This document shows, piece after piece, positions 19,385 through 28,919 of a stretch of DNA of 41,940 nt. Below the pieces are notes generated by a model. The model made no database searches, was not told where the DNA came from, and worked only from the letters and a program-made list of their open reading frames with translations. Origin of the DNA: Microcoleaceae cyanobacterium (GTDB taxonomy: Bacteria; Cyanobacteriota; Cyanobacteriia; Cyanobacteriales; Microcoleaceae). The DNA is taken from assembly GCA_051652765.1 (NCBI GenBank), contig JBOFUV010000077.1, forward strand, positions 1-41,940. Direction: 5' to 3'. The stretch's first letter is position 1. The number at the start of each line of letters is the position of its first letter. A program made the translations under genes and the position numbers.

Positions 19385-21463
19385 ATGACCATTGATGAAT
19401 TGATCCAGTTACTCAATGCTAGTCAGCCCAGTCCTCTGACTGCCCTCCAGGAACTTATTCTGCGTCATGCTTGGGACGGCAAAACCTATACGGTGATTGC
19501 CCAAGAAGCATTTTATGGAGCAGAACGGGTTCGGAAAGTTGCAGCCGGACTATGGTTATTGGCCAGTGAGGTTTTGGGAGAGCCGATTAGCAAAGCGAAT
19601 TTTCGCAAGCTGCTAGAACCTCGACCCCTGAGTCCAGCTCAACAACAGTCGATTCGAAGTCGCTCAAGCCTCAGTTCTATTCCAAATCTGGAATTTCCTG
19701 ACAGTCCCTTGGCTCCTGACTCTGAGTTCTATATTCCGCGCCCCCCCATTGAAGATTTAGCCCATGCAAAGCTGCTAGAACCGGGCAGCTTAATCCGGAT
19801 CAAGGCTCCTCGCAAAATGGGCAAAAGTTCGCTGATTCTGCATATTCTGGATCGGGCGAGTCAAGAGAACTATCAGATTATTCATCTCGACTTGGGTCAG
19901 GCTGACAGTGCGGTCTTTTCGAGTTTGGATCGGTTCCTGCGGTGGTTCTGTGCCAATATGAGCCGAGAGCTAAACCAGGTTCCCAATTTAAATGAATACT
20001 GGGATGAGGATATTGGCAGCAAGGTAAGCTGTACCATTTATGTTCAAACGTGTTTGCTCGCTCAATTGTCCGCACCTTTAGTGCTTGCCTTGACTGAGAT
20101 TGATCGAGTCTTTGAATATCCTGAAATTGCCAAAGAGTTCCTACCGTTGTTGCGCTTTTGGCATGAACAGGCTCGCAAAACTGAAATCTGGCAAAAGCTC
20201 CGCTTAATCGTATCCTATTCTACAGAGGTTTACATTCCCCTGAGTTTGAACCAGTCTCCTTTCAATATTGGGCTGCCTTTGACTCTGCCTCCCTTCACCC
20301 CTGAGCAGGTGTTAGAGCTGGCTCGACGCTATGGTTTAACTTGGTGCAGTCAGGTTGATATTGACCAATTGATGGGAATTGTGGGTGGACATCCCTACTT
20401 GATTCAACTCGCGCTCCACCACTTGACATTTCCCCAACATTCTCTCAATCCAATGTCAGCCCTGTTTATGCCACCCGCTAGAGATCGCACAGAAACCTGG
20501 GAACAACAACGACAACGACTACAAGACTTGCTGCGTCAGGCTCCTACAGAAGCAGGGATTTACAATGATCATTTGCGCCGGATGCTATCTATGGTGCAAT
20601 CTGATTCCCATCTGCGGCTAGCCCTCCAACAGGTTGTTTCGAGTGATCAGGGGGTTTCTCTTGAGCCGACCCTAGCCTACAAACTCAACAGTTTGGGACT
20701 GGTCAATTTGGATGGGGATTACACGACTCCGAGTTGCCAACTCTATGCCGTCTATTTCCGACATCAACTCATACAGTCTGACCGGGTGAGTGCACTGGTG
20801 GAAGCCGAGGTTGACCAAGGGTCTGACTTTTTGGGTAACGCTAACCCAACCTTAAAGTTACTGGGCAAACCCGAACAGCTCAAAAAAGAAAACCTGGAGT
20901 TACAGCAACTTTGTAATCTCGATGAACTCACGCAACTCGCCAACAAGCGCTACTTCGACAGCTATCTCAAGCTCGAATGGCAGCGATCGCTCCGAGATCA
21001 AACTCATCTTTCAGTTGTCCTAGCGGATATAGACTTTTTTAAGATTTTTAATGCGATCTATGGCTACTCTGCCGGGGATAGCTGTCTTCAGCAAATTGCC
21101 CAAACCATTCGAGACTGTATCAATCGGCCTGATGACTTGGTGGCTCGCTATGGCGGAGAGGAATTCATGGTGCTGTTACCGCGAACCGATGTGTCTGGGG
21201 CGGTCTGTGTGGCAGAGAGAATTCGTGAGCAGATCAAGGCCCTAGGAATTGATATTAAGAGCTACAAATTTGGCGGGTTTCCTGAAGAATTTGTGACGGT
21301 GAGTGTGGGCGTGGCGAGCACCATTCCTAACGCAAGTGAGTCTCACCATGCCTTGATTCAAGGGGCTGAACGGGCGCTGCATGAATCAAAGCGCAAGGGC
21401 CGCAACCGAGTTACCGTAAGTCACTTTCAAGTGAGCCAAGAGCAACTCAAGGTTCAAGGTTAA
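19385..21463 (+). CDS. HTH + AAA_35 (STAND) ATPase + GGDEF diguanylate cyclase
   Basis: N-terminal LQELILR.AW.GKTY..IA HTH; FYIPRPP; Walker A APRKMGKSS; SPFNIG; GGHPYL; C-terminal DELTQLAN, DIDFFK, RPDDLVARYGGEEF, GRNRV. Confidence 0.88.
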   Translation: MTIDELIQLLNASQPSPLTALQELILRHAWDGKTYTVIAQEAFYGAERVRKVAAGLWLLASEVLGEPISKANFRKLLEPRPLSPAQQQSIRSRSSLSSIPNLEFPDSPLAPDSEFYIPRPPIEDLAHAKLLEPGSLIRIKAPRKMGKSSLILHILDRASQENYQIIHLDLGQADSAVFSSLDRFLRWFCANMSRELNQVPNLNEYWDEDIGSKVSCTIYVQTCLLAQLSAPLVLALTEIDRVFEYPEIAKEFLPLLRFWHEQARKTEIWQKLRLIVSYSTEVYIPLSLNQSPFNIGLPLTLPPFTPEQVLELARRYGLTWCSQVDIDQLMGIVGGHPYLIQLALHHLTFPQHSLNPMSALFMPPARDRTETWEQQRQRLQDLLRQAPTEAGIYNDHLRRMLSMVQSDSHLRLALQQVVSSDQGVSLEPTLAYKLNSLGLVNLDGDYTTPSCQLYAVYFRHQLIQSDRVSALVEAEVDQGSDFLGNANPTLKLLGKPEQLKKENLELQQLCNLDELTQLANKRYFDSYLKLEWQRSLRDQTHLSVVLADIDFFKIFNAIYGYSAGDSCLQQIAQTIRDCINRPDDLVARYGGEEFMVLLPRTDVSGAVCVAERIREQIKALGIDIKSYKFGGFPEEFVTVSVGVASTIPNASESHHALIQGAERALHESKRKGRNRVTVSHFQVSQEQLKVQG

Positions 21464-21469
21464 GTTAAC

Positions 21470-21652
21470 TGGGTCAGCATTGACCTTACGCTCGCTTTTA
21501 CCTGAATCGATAAAGGACAAATTTAGGAGGAGCGGCATTATTCCTCTGGCTAGGACTAAAATGTCCAGAGCCTTTATTGTTCCGCAGGTAGCAGCGCGAT
21601 AAAGAGAGTTCATTGTTTCTTTAACCGAGAGTTTTGGGTTTTGGGTCAGCAT
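21470..21652. other. Structured intergenic element flanked by 11-bp direct repeats TGGGTCAGCAT
   Basis: Repeats at 21470-21480 and 21642-21652; nested helices TACCTG/CAGGTA, CGATAAAGG/CCTTTATTG, GAGGAG/TTCCTC, GGAC/GTCC. Confidence 0.5.
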
Positions 21653-24600
21653 GGTTGCTCGCAGGTATCAAGTTGGGGGATGTTTATCAAATGACAATCC
21701 TCACTATGTAGAACGAGATGCAGATGTACAGCTTCACACCGCACTTCGACAGGGGGAGTTCTGTTATGTGTTGAATTCCCGACAAATGGGAAAGTCTTCC
21801 CTGTTAGTTCGGATCAAGCGCCGCTTAGAACAACAAGGTTATGTCTGTGCGACCCTAGACATGACCAGTTTGGTGAGTGAAGAAACCACTTCAGCCCAGT
21901 GGTATAAAGGCATTGTTGCTCAACTCTGGCTAGAGCTGAATCTGCTGGGAACCTTTAATGTGAAATCCTGGTGGCAGTCGGAAGCAGAATTTTCAGCGTT
22001 ACAGCGTCTAGGTCGATTTTTTGCTGAGTTATTACTGACTCACTTTCCGCAGCAAAACCTATTTATCTTAATCGATGAAATTGATAGCATCCTGCGGCTA
22101 CCGTTCAAGGCTGACGATTTTTTTTCTTTGATTCGTTACTGTTACAATCAGCGCGCGATTAACCCTGAGTATCACCGAATTAACTTTGCTGTATTCGGCG
22201 TAGCTGCCCCTGCTGATCTGATTCAAAATCGCACCCTGAACCCGTTTAATATCGGCCAATCGATTGAACTTCACGGCTTTCGCGAGACTGAAGTTGCTCC
22301 GTTGGCCCAGGGATTGGCAGAGTATGTGCAAAAGCCAGAAGCCCTATTGCAAGAAATTTTAAACTGGACGCAGGGGCAACCGTTTCTCACCCAAAAACTC
22401 TGTCAGATTGTCTGGCAACTCAGTCAGAGCAAGATCAGTGACGGTAAATTAGCGCTCCCGCCAGGGACAGAGCCCTTCTGGATTGAACAAGTCATCCGTT
22501 CTCACATGATTGATCGCTGGGAAACCCAAGATGAACCGGAACACCTACGCACCATTCGCGATCGCCTCTTGGATCAGAAGAGTCCTTACATGGGACGCAT
22601 CCTCGCCCTTTACCAACACATGCTCTATGGGCTTGACGTTGAGGTAGATGACAGCCGAGAACAAATTGAGTTGTTGCTGAGTGGCTTAGTCGTCAGACAT
22701 CAGGGCCGACTCCAGGTTAAAAATCCGATCTATCAAGAAGTGTTCAACCTGGAGTGGGTCAAGCGTCAACTGGCCAAGCTCCGTCCCTATTCCCAAACCT
22801 TCGATGCTTGGATCGTCTCCAATCAACGGGATCACTCTCGCCTCCTCCGGGGGCAAGCCCTTCAAGATGCCCAATACTGGGCCCAAGGCAAAAGCTTAAG
22901 TGATTTAGATTATCAATTTATTGTGGCGAGCCAAGAACTCGACTGGCAGGAGAAGCAAACCGCCCTGGAAGCAGAACGCACAAAAGAAGTTCTGGCCCGG
23001 TTGAGACAAGAACAGAAAGTCAGTCGGTTACAGCGATCGCTCTTGGGGATGATCAGTACGGCCTTCGTGATTGTGGGCGGACTGGGTTTGACGATCTTTT
23101 ACCAGTATCGCAACGCTCAGTTGAGTGAAATTCAAGCCATTGCCTTGTCTTCAGAGGCATTACTCGCGTCTGGTCAGAAATTAGAAGCCTTAGTTGAAGC
23201 CCTGAAGGCCAAACAAAAACTAGACAAGTTACCGAATGTTGATCCCAAAGTCCAGGCTTCTGTCACGGTGACCCTCCGGAAGGCCCTTTACCAAACGGAA
23301 GAATCCAACCGTTTAATCGGCCATCAGAAAGCAGTTTGGGATGTTGCCTTCAGTCCAGATGGGCGCTACATTGCTACCGCAGGCGGGGACAACATGGTTA
23401 AGCTATGGCAGTCCAATGGCAAATTTTTAAGAACCCTTAAAGCTCATCAAGGCCCGGTTTGGGGCGTGGTCTTCAGTCCTGACAGCCAAACCCTGGCTTC
23501 TGGGAGTTGGGACAACACCGTGAAACTCTGGACAATTGACGGACAGCTCGAACGGACTTTGTCGGGTCATACGGCCGGGGTTTGGAGCGTGGCCTTTAGT
23601 CCAGATGGTCAATTCCTGGTCTCTGCCAGTGAAGACAAAACCCTCAAACTCTGGAACCGTTCTGGTCAACTCCAGAACACCTTGACAGGCCACACCGCCG
23701 GGATTTGGCGGGTTGCGTTTCGCCCTGACAGTCAACAAATTGCCTCTGCGAGTGAAGATGGTACAGTTAGACTTTGGAGCCTTAAGGGCAATTTGGAGCA
23801 AACCCTACAAGGTCATCAAGGCCCTGTTTGGGGAGTTGCCTATTCTCCCCGGTCGAGTTCTGACCTCCTGAATCGTTATCCGTTAGTCTCAGTGGGGGAT
23901 GATAAAACGATCAGGCTCTGGGAACAGGGTCAGTTGAAGCGCACCCTAACCGGACATCAGGCTGCAATCTGGAGTGCAGTTTTTAGTCCTGACGGTAAAA
24001 CCATCGCAACCGCAAGCTGGGATCGCACCGTGAAATTCTGGTCGTTGGATGGAACGCTGTTGAGAACTTTAGAGGGCCATCAGGAAAGACTCCGGGGGCT
24101 CGCTTTCAGTCCAAATGGAGAATTCATTGCGTCCTCCAGTGAAGATAAAACGGTGAAACTCTGGCAACTCCAGCATCCTCTGATAACAACCCTCAGAGGT
24201 CATACGGCTGGGGTAATTGCCCTCGCCGTGAATTCCAAAACTCAGCAAATTATTTCAGGGAGTGATGACCAGACGCTCAAACTGTGGAAGTTTGATGGCA
24301 CCTTGCTCGCAACCCTCAGGGGGCACACAGCAGGTGTTTTAGGGGTTGGGTTTAGCGTCGATGGGCAGCAAATCGTCTCGGCCAGTTGGGACAAAACAGT
24401 TAAACTCTGGACTGCCGAGGGAAAACTCCAACAAACTCTAGTCGGTCATAATGGCCCCGTCTGGGATGCCCAGTTTAGTCCCGACGGTCGCTTGATTGCT
24501 TCCGCCGACCGAGATGGCCTGATCAAGCTTTGGCAGATCGATCCCCAAGGCAAGTTTCAGAATACCAAAACCTTCAAAGGTCATCAGAATGAAATCAGGG

Positions 24601-25160
24601 CGATCGCCTTCAGCCCCGACGGACAGTTGTTTGCCTCAGCCAGCCTCGATCGAGCCCTCAAAATTTGGACCCGATCGGGAACCTTGCTGCATACCTTGAC
24701 CGGACATCGAGACGGGGTTGCTGATGTTGCCTTTAATCCACGCGGGGATTTAATTGCCTCAGCTAGTTTGGATGGCACAATTCGTCTATGGAGTCGCACA
24801 GGACTGATGCGAGAAACCTTTATTGGCCATCGGGATGGGACTTTAGGCGTTGCTTTCAGTCCTGATGGCCAAATGCTGGTCTCAGCAGGTTTAGATCGAA
24901 CCCTTAAACTTTGGAGTCGATCTGGAACCTTGCTAAAAACGCTTTACCGCCATGAAAGCGCGATTTGGCAGGTCAAGTTTGATCGAACCGGAAACGTACT
25001 CGCCTCAGCCGGAGAGGATCAAAGCATTCACCTCTGGAACCTGAAACAAATTTTATCCTCAGATGAATCCAGCGATGCCTGTGTCTGGCTAAGAAACTAT
25101 CTGGCTTCATCAAACGCTGAACAGGTCAGTCAGACTTGCCCACGTCAACTTCTAAATTAG
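21651..25160 (+). CDS. AAA_35 (STAND) ATPase + TM helix + 14 WD40 repeats
   Basis: YVERDAD, Walker A NSRQMGKSS, Walker B ILIDEID, PFNIG, GQPFLTQ; TM LLGMISTAFVIVGGLGLTIFY; 14 GH...AFSPDG...W-type repeats counted. Confidence 0.92.
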   Translation: MVARRYQVGGCLSNDNPHYVERDADVQLHTALRQGEFCYVLNSRQMGKSSLLVRIKRRLEQQGYVCATLDMTSLVSEETTSAQWYKGIVAQLWLELNLLGTFNVKSWWQSEAEFSALQRLGRFFAELLLTHFPQQNLFILIDEIDSILRLPFKADDFFSLIRYCYNQRAINPEYHRINFAVFGVAAPADLIQNRTLNPFNIGQSIELHGFRETEVAPLAQGLAEYVQKPEALLQEILNWTQGQPFLTQKLCQIVWQLSQSKISDGKLALPPGTEPFWIEQVIRSHMIDRWETQDEPEHLRTIRDRLLDQKSPYMGRILALYQHMLYGLDVEVDDSREQIELLLSGLVVRHQGRLQVKNPIYQEVFNLEWVKRQLAKLRPYSQTFDAWIVSNQRDHSRLLRGQALQDAQYWAQGKSLSDLDYQFIVASQELDWQEKQTALEAERTKEVLARLRQEQKVSRLQRSLLGMISTAFVIVGGLGLTIFYQYRNAQLSEIQAIALSSEALLASGQKLEALVEALKAKQKLDKLPNVDPKVQASVTVTLRKALYQTEESNRLIGHQKAVWDVAFSPDGRYIATAGGDNMVKLWQSNGKFLRTLKAHQGPVWGVVFSPDSQTLASGSWDNTVKLWTIDGQLERTLSGHTAGVWSVAFSPDGQFLVSASEDKTLKLWNRSGQLQNTLTGHTAGIWRVAFRPDSQQIASASEDGTVRLWSLKGNLEQTLQGHQGPVWGVAYSPRSSSDLLNRYPLVSVGDDKTIRLWEQGQLKRTLTGHQAAIWSAVFSPDGKTIATASWDRTVKFWSLDGTLLRTLEGHQERLRGLAFSPNGEFIASSSEDKTVKLWQLQHPLITTLRGHTAGVIALAVNSKTQQIISGSDDQTLKLWKFDGTLLATLRGHTAGVLGVGFSVDGQQIVSASWDKTVKLWTAEGKLQQTLVGHNGPVWDAQFSPDGRLIASADRDGLIKLWQIDPQGKFQNTKTFKGHQNEIRAIAFSPDGQLFASASLDRALKIWTRSGTLLHTLTGHRDGVADVAFNPRGDLIASASLDGTIRLWSRTGLMRETFIGHRDGTLGVAFSPDGQMLVSAGLDRTLKLWSRSGTLLKTLYRHESAIWQVKFDRTGNVLASAGEDQSIHLWNLKQILSSDESSDACVWLRNYLASSNAEQVSQTCPRQLLN

Positions 25161-25880
25161 GCAAATCAGTATACAAATCCTGAACAGAATACAGGGGTCA
25201 AGGTCAGAGATCGAATCCTCAAGGTTAGGAGTTAGATCGCTATCGGGATTGAAAATCTCTCTACAAATAGGCTCCGTAGCTCACGGTTACAGATGTTGCC
25301 GTTACAAAAAGCAGAAAATCATTTTGCCAGCATCTTCAGTCTGGTATAAATTGAGACCTTGAGACCTAAAGCTCACAATGTATTGCTGTACAATAACGAT
25401 GCTCTACTTAGGCAGTGAGCACGGTTTTACTTAGGGTTACAGGGTTTTTGTGTTCGGGCCTTTTGCGACTAATGCTAGTTATGGTGCATATTATTTGAGA
25501 GTCTGAGTTGCGAGAAGGGCACAGGTTTGTTGACGGGTATGGTCTTTTTTGATGCTTACTGAGTTGAGTGTAGCTTAGTTGCGGATAGGGTAGCATCGGA
25601 TTTTCTAGTTATTAAAGTCCATATTGATCCTTAAAATTTTTATGAGTTAAACCCTTCATGGAATCTTTACAGAGTTCTCATCAATTCTCGGTAAGTTTTT
25701 ACAAAACTGCCATGACTTTTAATAGGGCAGGATTATAGGATCTAGATAGGTTAGGAGTTTTCAAGTTTCTTCCTAGGCGCAGGAATACCAGGGGGGAGCT
25801 TATGTGTGAGGGGAAACATCAAAGATTAACTCTTGGAGTGGAGAGCAACATTTCACAAGGATTCATTAAGGGGGAAACCA

Positions 25881-27170
25881 ATGATTTCGCAAGCCCAAGG
25901 TTCACACGGAAAGGGATATGTCAACTCTCAGGTCAAACACTCCAGAGACATCTTTTGGCGTGCTGAATCACCTAGAGGAGAAAAGCTCAGAATTTTATTT
26001 TTAGCACCTCATCCCTTCTATCAAGATCGGGGAACTCCGATCAACAGCAGTATTTTTCTCAAAGCTCTGTCTGAGGATCAGCATCAAGTTGATGTTCTGG
26101 CTTACCCAGAGGGTCGGGACATTGAATATGAGAACGTCACGATTCACCGCACCGTCAAATGTCCTTTTGTATCCAATGTGCGGCCTGGGTTCTCTTGGAA
26201 AAAGCTAGTTTACGATGCTTTGATGGTCATCAAGGCAGCTCAACTGGTTTCCAAGAAACAATATGACATGGTTCAGGCCATTGAAGAGTCGGTGTTTATT
26301 GCCCTCTTGTTCAAAGTGCTGTTGAATATTCCCTATGTCTATGACATGGATTCCTCAATTGCTCAACAAATGATTGAACAGCTTCCCTGGCTGTCTCCCT
26401 TGGCCCCAGTTTTGAACTGGTTGGAAGGGCTAGCTGTAAAGCGAGCAAAAGCTGTTATTCCTGTGTGTGATGCGATCGCCGAAGACATTGCCCAATACAA
26501 CCCTGAAAAGGTGACGATTTTGCCTGATATTTCATTGCTGCAGGAAGAAGGGCATCCTGAGGTTGATGAAGATTTGCGGTCTGACCTCAAGCTTGGCGGC
26601 ACGATGTTAATGTATGTCGGCAATCTAGAAGGATATCAGGGTATTGACCTGATGTTGGAGGGGTTTGCCATGGCCTTGCGCCAAGACAGCACCCTTGACC
26701 TCGTGATTATTGGAGGAGAACCAGACAGCATTGCCCACTACCGCCAGAAAGCTGCACAACTAGGAGCAGGTCACAAGGTTCATTTTATGGGGCCTCGTCC
26801 TGCCAAACACTTGAGTAGCTACCTATCGCAGGCTGACATCTTGGTGTCTCCCCGCACGAAGGGCAAGAATACGCCGATGAAAATTTATTCCTATCTCGAC
26901 AGTGGCAAAGCGGTGCTAGCAACAAACCTGTTGACCCATACCCAGGTTCTGAACGACCAGGTGTCTCAGTTGGCTGAGCCCAGCCCAGAAAGCTTTGCAT
27001 CAGGTATGGTCACCCTAGCTCAAGATGTAGCTCTCCGCCAGGAGTTGGGATTAGCAGGTCAACAGCTTGTGCAAGAAAAGCACAGCTATCGGGCCTTCCA
27101 CAAAACTGTTAGCGAGCTTTATGACTGGTTGGCCAGTGAGTTGCTTCCTCCTCAGTATCAAGTGAGATAG
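25881..27170 (+). CDS. GT4-family glycosyltransferase
   Basis: LAPHPFYQDRGTP N-terminus; YVGNLEGYQG; ADILVSPR..NTPMKIYSY. ATG 25881 with AAGGGGG upstream preferred over TTG 25833. Confidence 0.88.
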   Translation: MISQAQGSHGKGYVNSQVKHSRDIFWRAESPRGEKLRILFLAPHPFYQDRGTPINSSIFLKALSEDQHQVDVLAYPEGRDIEYENVTIHRTVKCPFVSNVRPGFSWKKLVYDALMVIKAAQLVSKKQYDMVQAIEESVFIALLFKVLLNIPYVYDMDSSIAQQMIEQLPWLSPLAPVLNWLEGLAVKRAKAVIPVCDAIAEDIAQYNPEKVTILPDISLLQEEGHPEVDEDLRSDLKLGGTMLMYVGNLEGYQGIDLMLEGFAMALRQDSTLDLVIIGGEPDSIAHYRQKAAQLGAGHKVHFMGPRPAKHLSSYLSQADILVSPRTKGKNTPMKIYSYLDSGKAVLATNLLTHTQVLNDQVSQLAEPSPESFASGMVTLAQDVALRQELGLAGQQLVQEKHSYRAFHKTVSELYDWLASELLPPQYQVR

Positions 27171-27190
27171 TTGATTGCAATGATGAAAAT

Positions 27191-28861
27191 GTGATGATGA
27201 AAAGAAGTCTAGTTGCGCTGACTCGTCAGGTCTATGACATTCTGGTGATCGGTGGAGGGATCTATGGCGCTTGTGTGGCATGGGAAGCAAGTCTGCAAGG
27301 ATTGTCTGTAGCGTTGGTTGAACAGGCTGATTTTGGGGGTGCCACCTCAGCCAATAGTTTGAAAACCATTCATGGTGGATTCCGCTATCTGCAGAATGCC
27401 GATATCAAACGGATGCGAGAATCTATCTATGAGCGCAGAGCCCTGATGCAGATTGCGCCCCATTTAGTTCATCCTTTACCCGTGTTAGTGCCAACCTATG
27501 GTCATGGCATGAAAGGGAAAGAAATTCTCAAAATCGCTTTGGCCCTGAATGATATCATTAGCTTTGATCGCAATCGGCTGTCTGATGAGCAAAAGCATAT
27601 TCCCAGGGGTCGAGTCATTTCCAGGCAGCACTGTCAATCGGCGCTCCCTGGAATTCGGCCTGAAGGGCTCACAGGGGGGGCAATGTTTTATGATGGCCAA
27701 GTTTACAACTCTGAACGACTCACCTTGGCGTTTCTTCACTCCGCCAGTCAGGCCGGAGCTAACGTTGCCAACTACGTGAAAGTCACCGGGTTACTCCGTC
27801 AGGGCAATCAGGTGATTGGGGTTCAGGCCCAGGATGAACTGGAGGGGAACCAATTTGAGATCCAGGCCAAAATAGTGATTAATACCAGTGGCCCTTGGTT
27901 GGATCAGGTCGCTGGGTTACTAGACAAACAGTCGGCCAAACCTTCCCCTGTGCTAGCTCAAGCAATGAACTTGGTGACGACGCGACCCTTGTTTGAAACC
28001 TATGCGGTAGGTCTACCGGGTTCGAGTGAAGTGGGCAGTCGCTTTCTGTTTATTGCGCCTTGGCGGGGTCGATCGATTGTTGGCACTTGGTATGGGGTCT
28101 ATCGAGGTGACCCTGACCAGTTTAAGCTGACAGAGGTTCAGATTCAGGAATTTATTGACCAAGTCAATCTAACGTATCCGGGAGCTAGGCTAAATCGCGA
28201 GGATGTTGCCTGGGTGCATGGGGGGTTATTGCCTTGTGATGGGGTTGAGTCTGATACGGGAGAGCCAAAATTAGCGAAGCACTATCGGATTCACGATCAT
28301 GCCAAGGATGGGTGTCCTGGACTGATCTCGGTTGTCGGGGTTAAGTATACAACGGCTCGGGATGTGGCCCAGAAAGTCGTCCAGCAGATCTACAAGTCTT
28401 GGGGACAGTCGATGCCTACCTCAACGTCTGCCGTCACCCCCGTGTATGGTGGACAAATTACGGACTTTAATGGGTTCTTGCAGAAGGCGATCGCGTCTGA
28501 GTGTTTTTCTGCAGAGACCACTCGCCGTTTGGTCTACAACTATGGTTCCAACTATCCAATTGTGCTGTCGTATCTAAATCAAACCTCAGATGCTGCCCAG
28601 TTGCCGCCCGACAACCTGGCTGTTGCCCAAGCAGAAGTGCGACATGCGGTAGAAGAAGAAATGGCCCAAACCTTAAGTGATGTATTCTTCCGACGAACTG
28701 AACTCGGAAGCGCTGGATATCCAGGGGAAGAGATCTTACGAATGGGGGCTGAGACAATGGCTCAAGCCCTGGGTTGGCATCAAGCTCGGCTGGAGCAAGA
28801 GTTACAAACGGTTTGTCAGCGCTATTCTGTCCAGATGCCTACAGTTTCGGCCTGTAATTAA
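27191..28861 (+). CDS. FAD-dependent glycerol-3-phosphate dehydrogenase/oxidase-like protein (atypical)
   Basis: IGGGIYG FAD motif; GATSANSLKTIHGGFRYL; APHLVHPL; KYTTAR; C-terminal LSDVFFRRT. Confidence 0.85.
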   Translation: MMMKRSLVALTRQVYDILVIGGGIYGACVAWEASLQGLSVALVEQADFGGATSANSLKTIHGGFRYLQNADIKRMRESIYERRALMQIAPHLVHPLPVLVPTYGHGMKGKEILKIALALNDIISFDRNRLSDEQKHIPRGRVISRQHCQSALPGIRPEGLTGGAMFYDGQVYNSERLTLAFLHSASQAGANVANYVKVTGLLRQGNQVIGVQAQDELEGNQFEIQAKIVINTSGPWLDQVAGLLDKQSAKPSPVLAQAMNLVTTRPLFETYAVGLPGSSEVGSRFLFIAPWRGRSIVGTWYGVYRGDPDQFKLTEVQIQEFIDQVNLTYPGARLNREDVAWVHGGLLPCDGVESDTGEPKLAKHYRIHDHAKDGCPGLISVVGVKYTTARDVAQKVVQQIYKSWGQSMPTSTSAVTPVYGGQITDFNGFLQKAIASECFSAETTRRLVYNYGSNYPIVLSYLNQTSDAAQLPPDNLAVAQAEVRHAVEEEMAQTLSDVFFRRTELGSAGYPGEEILRMGAETMAQALGWHQARLEQELQTVCQRYSVQMPTVSACN

Positions 28862-28919
28862 GTATTAGTTACCGTCGCCTAATTTTTGTTGCCTTAAATT
28901 CTGTCTTTCTCAGGAACCT

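Noticed and set aside
23310..25045. WD40 array as a hypervariable, recently amplified or DGR-targeted repeat
   Set aside because: Repeats differ at many synonymous sites; no reverse transcriptase or template repeat seen.
25270..25310. NtcA or RpaB (HLR1) site
   Set aside because: Spacing is GTA-N9-TAC rather than N8, and the GTTACA repeats are too far apart for HLR1.
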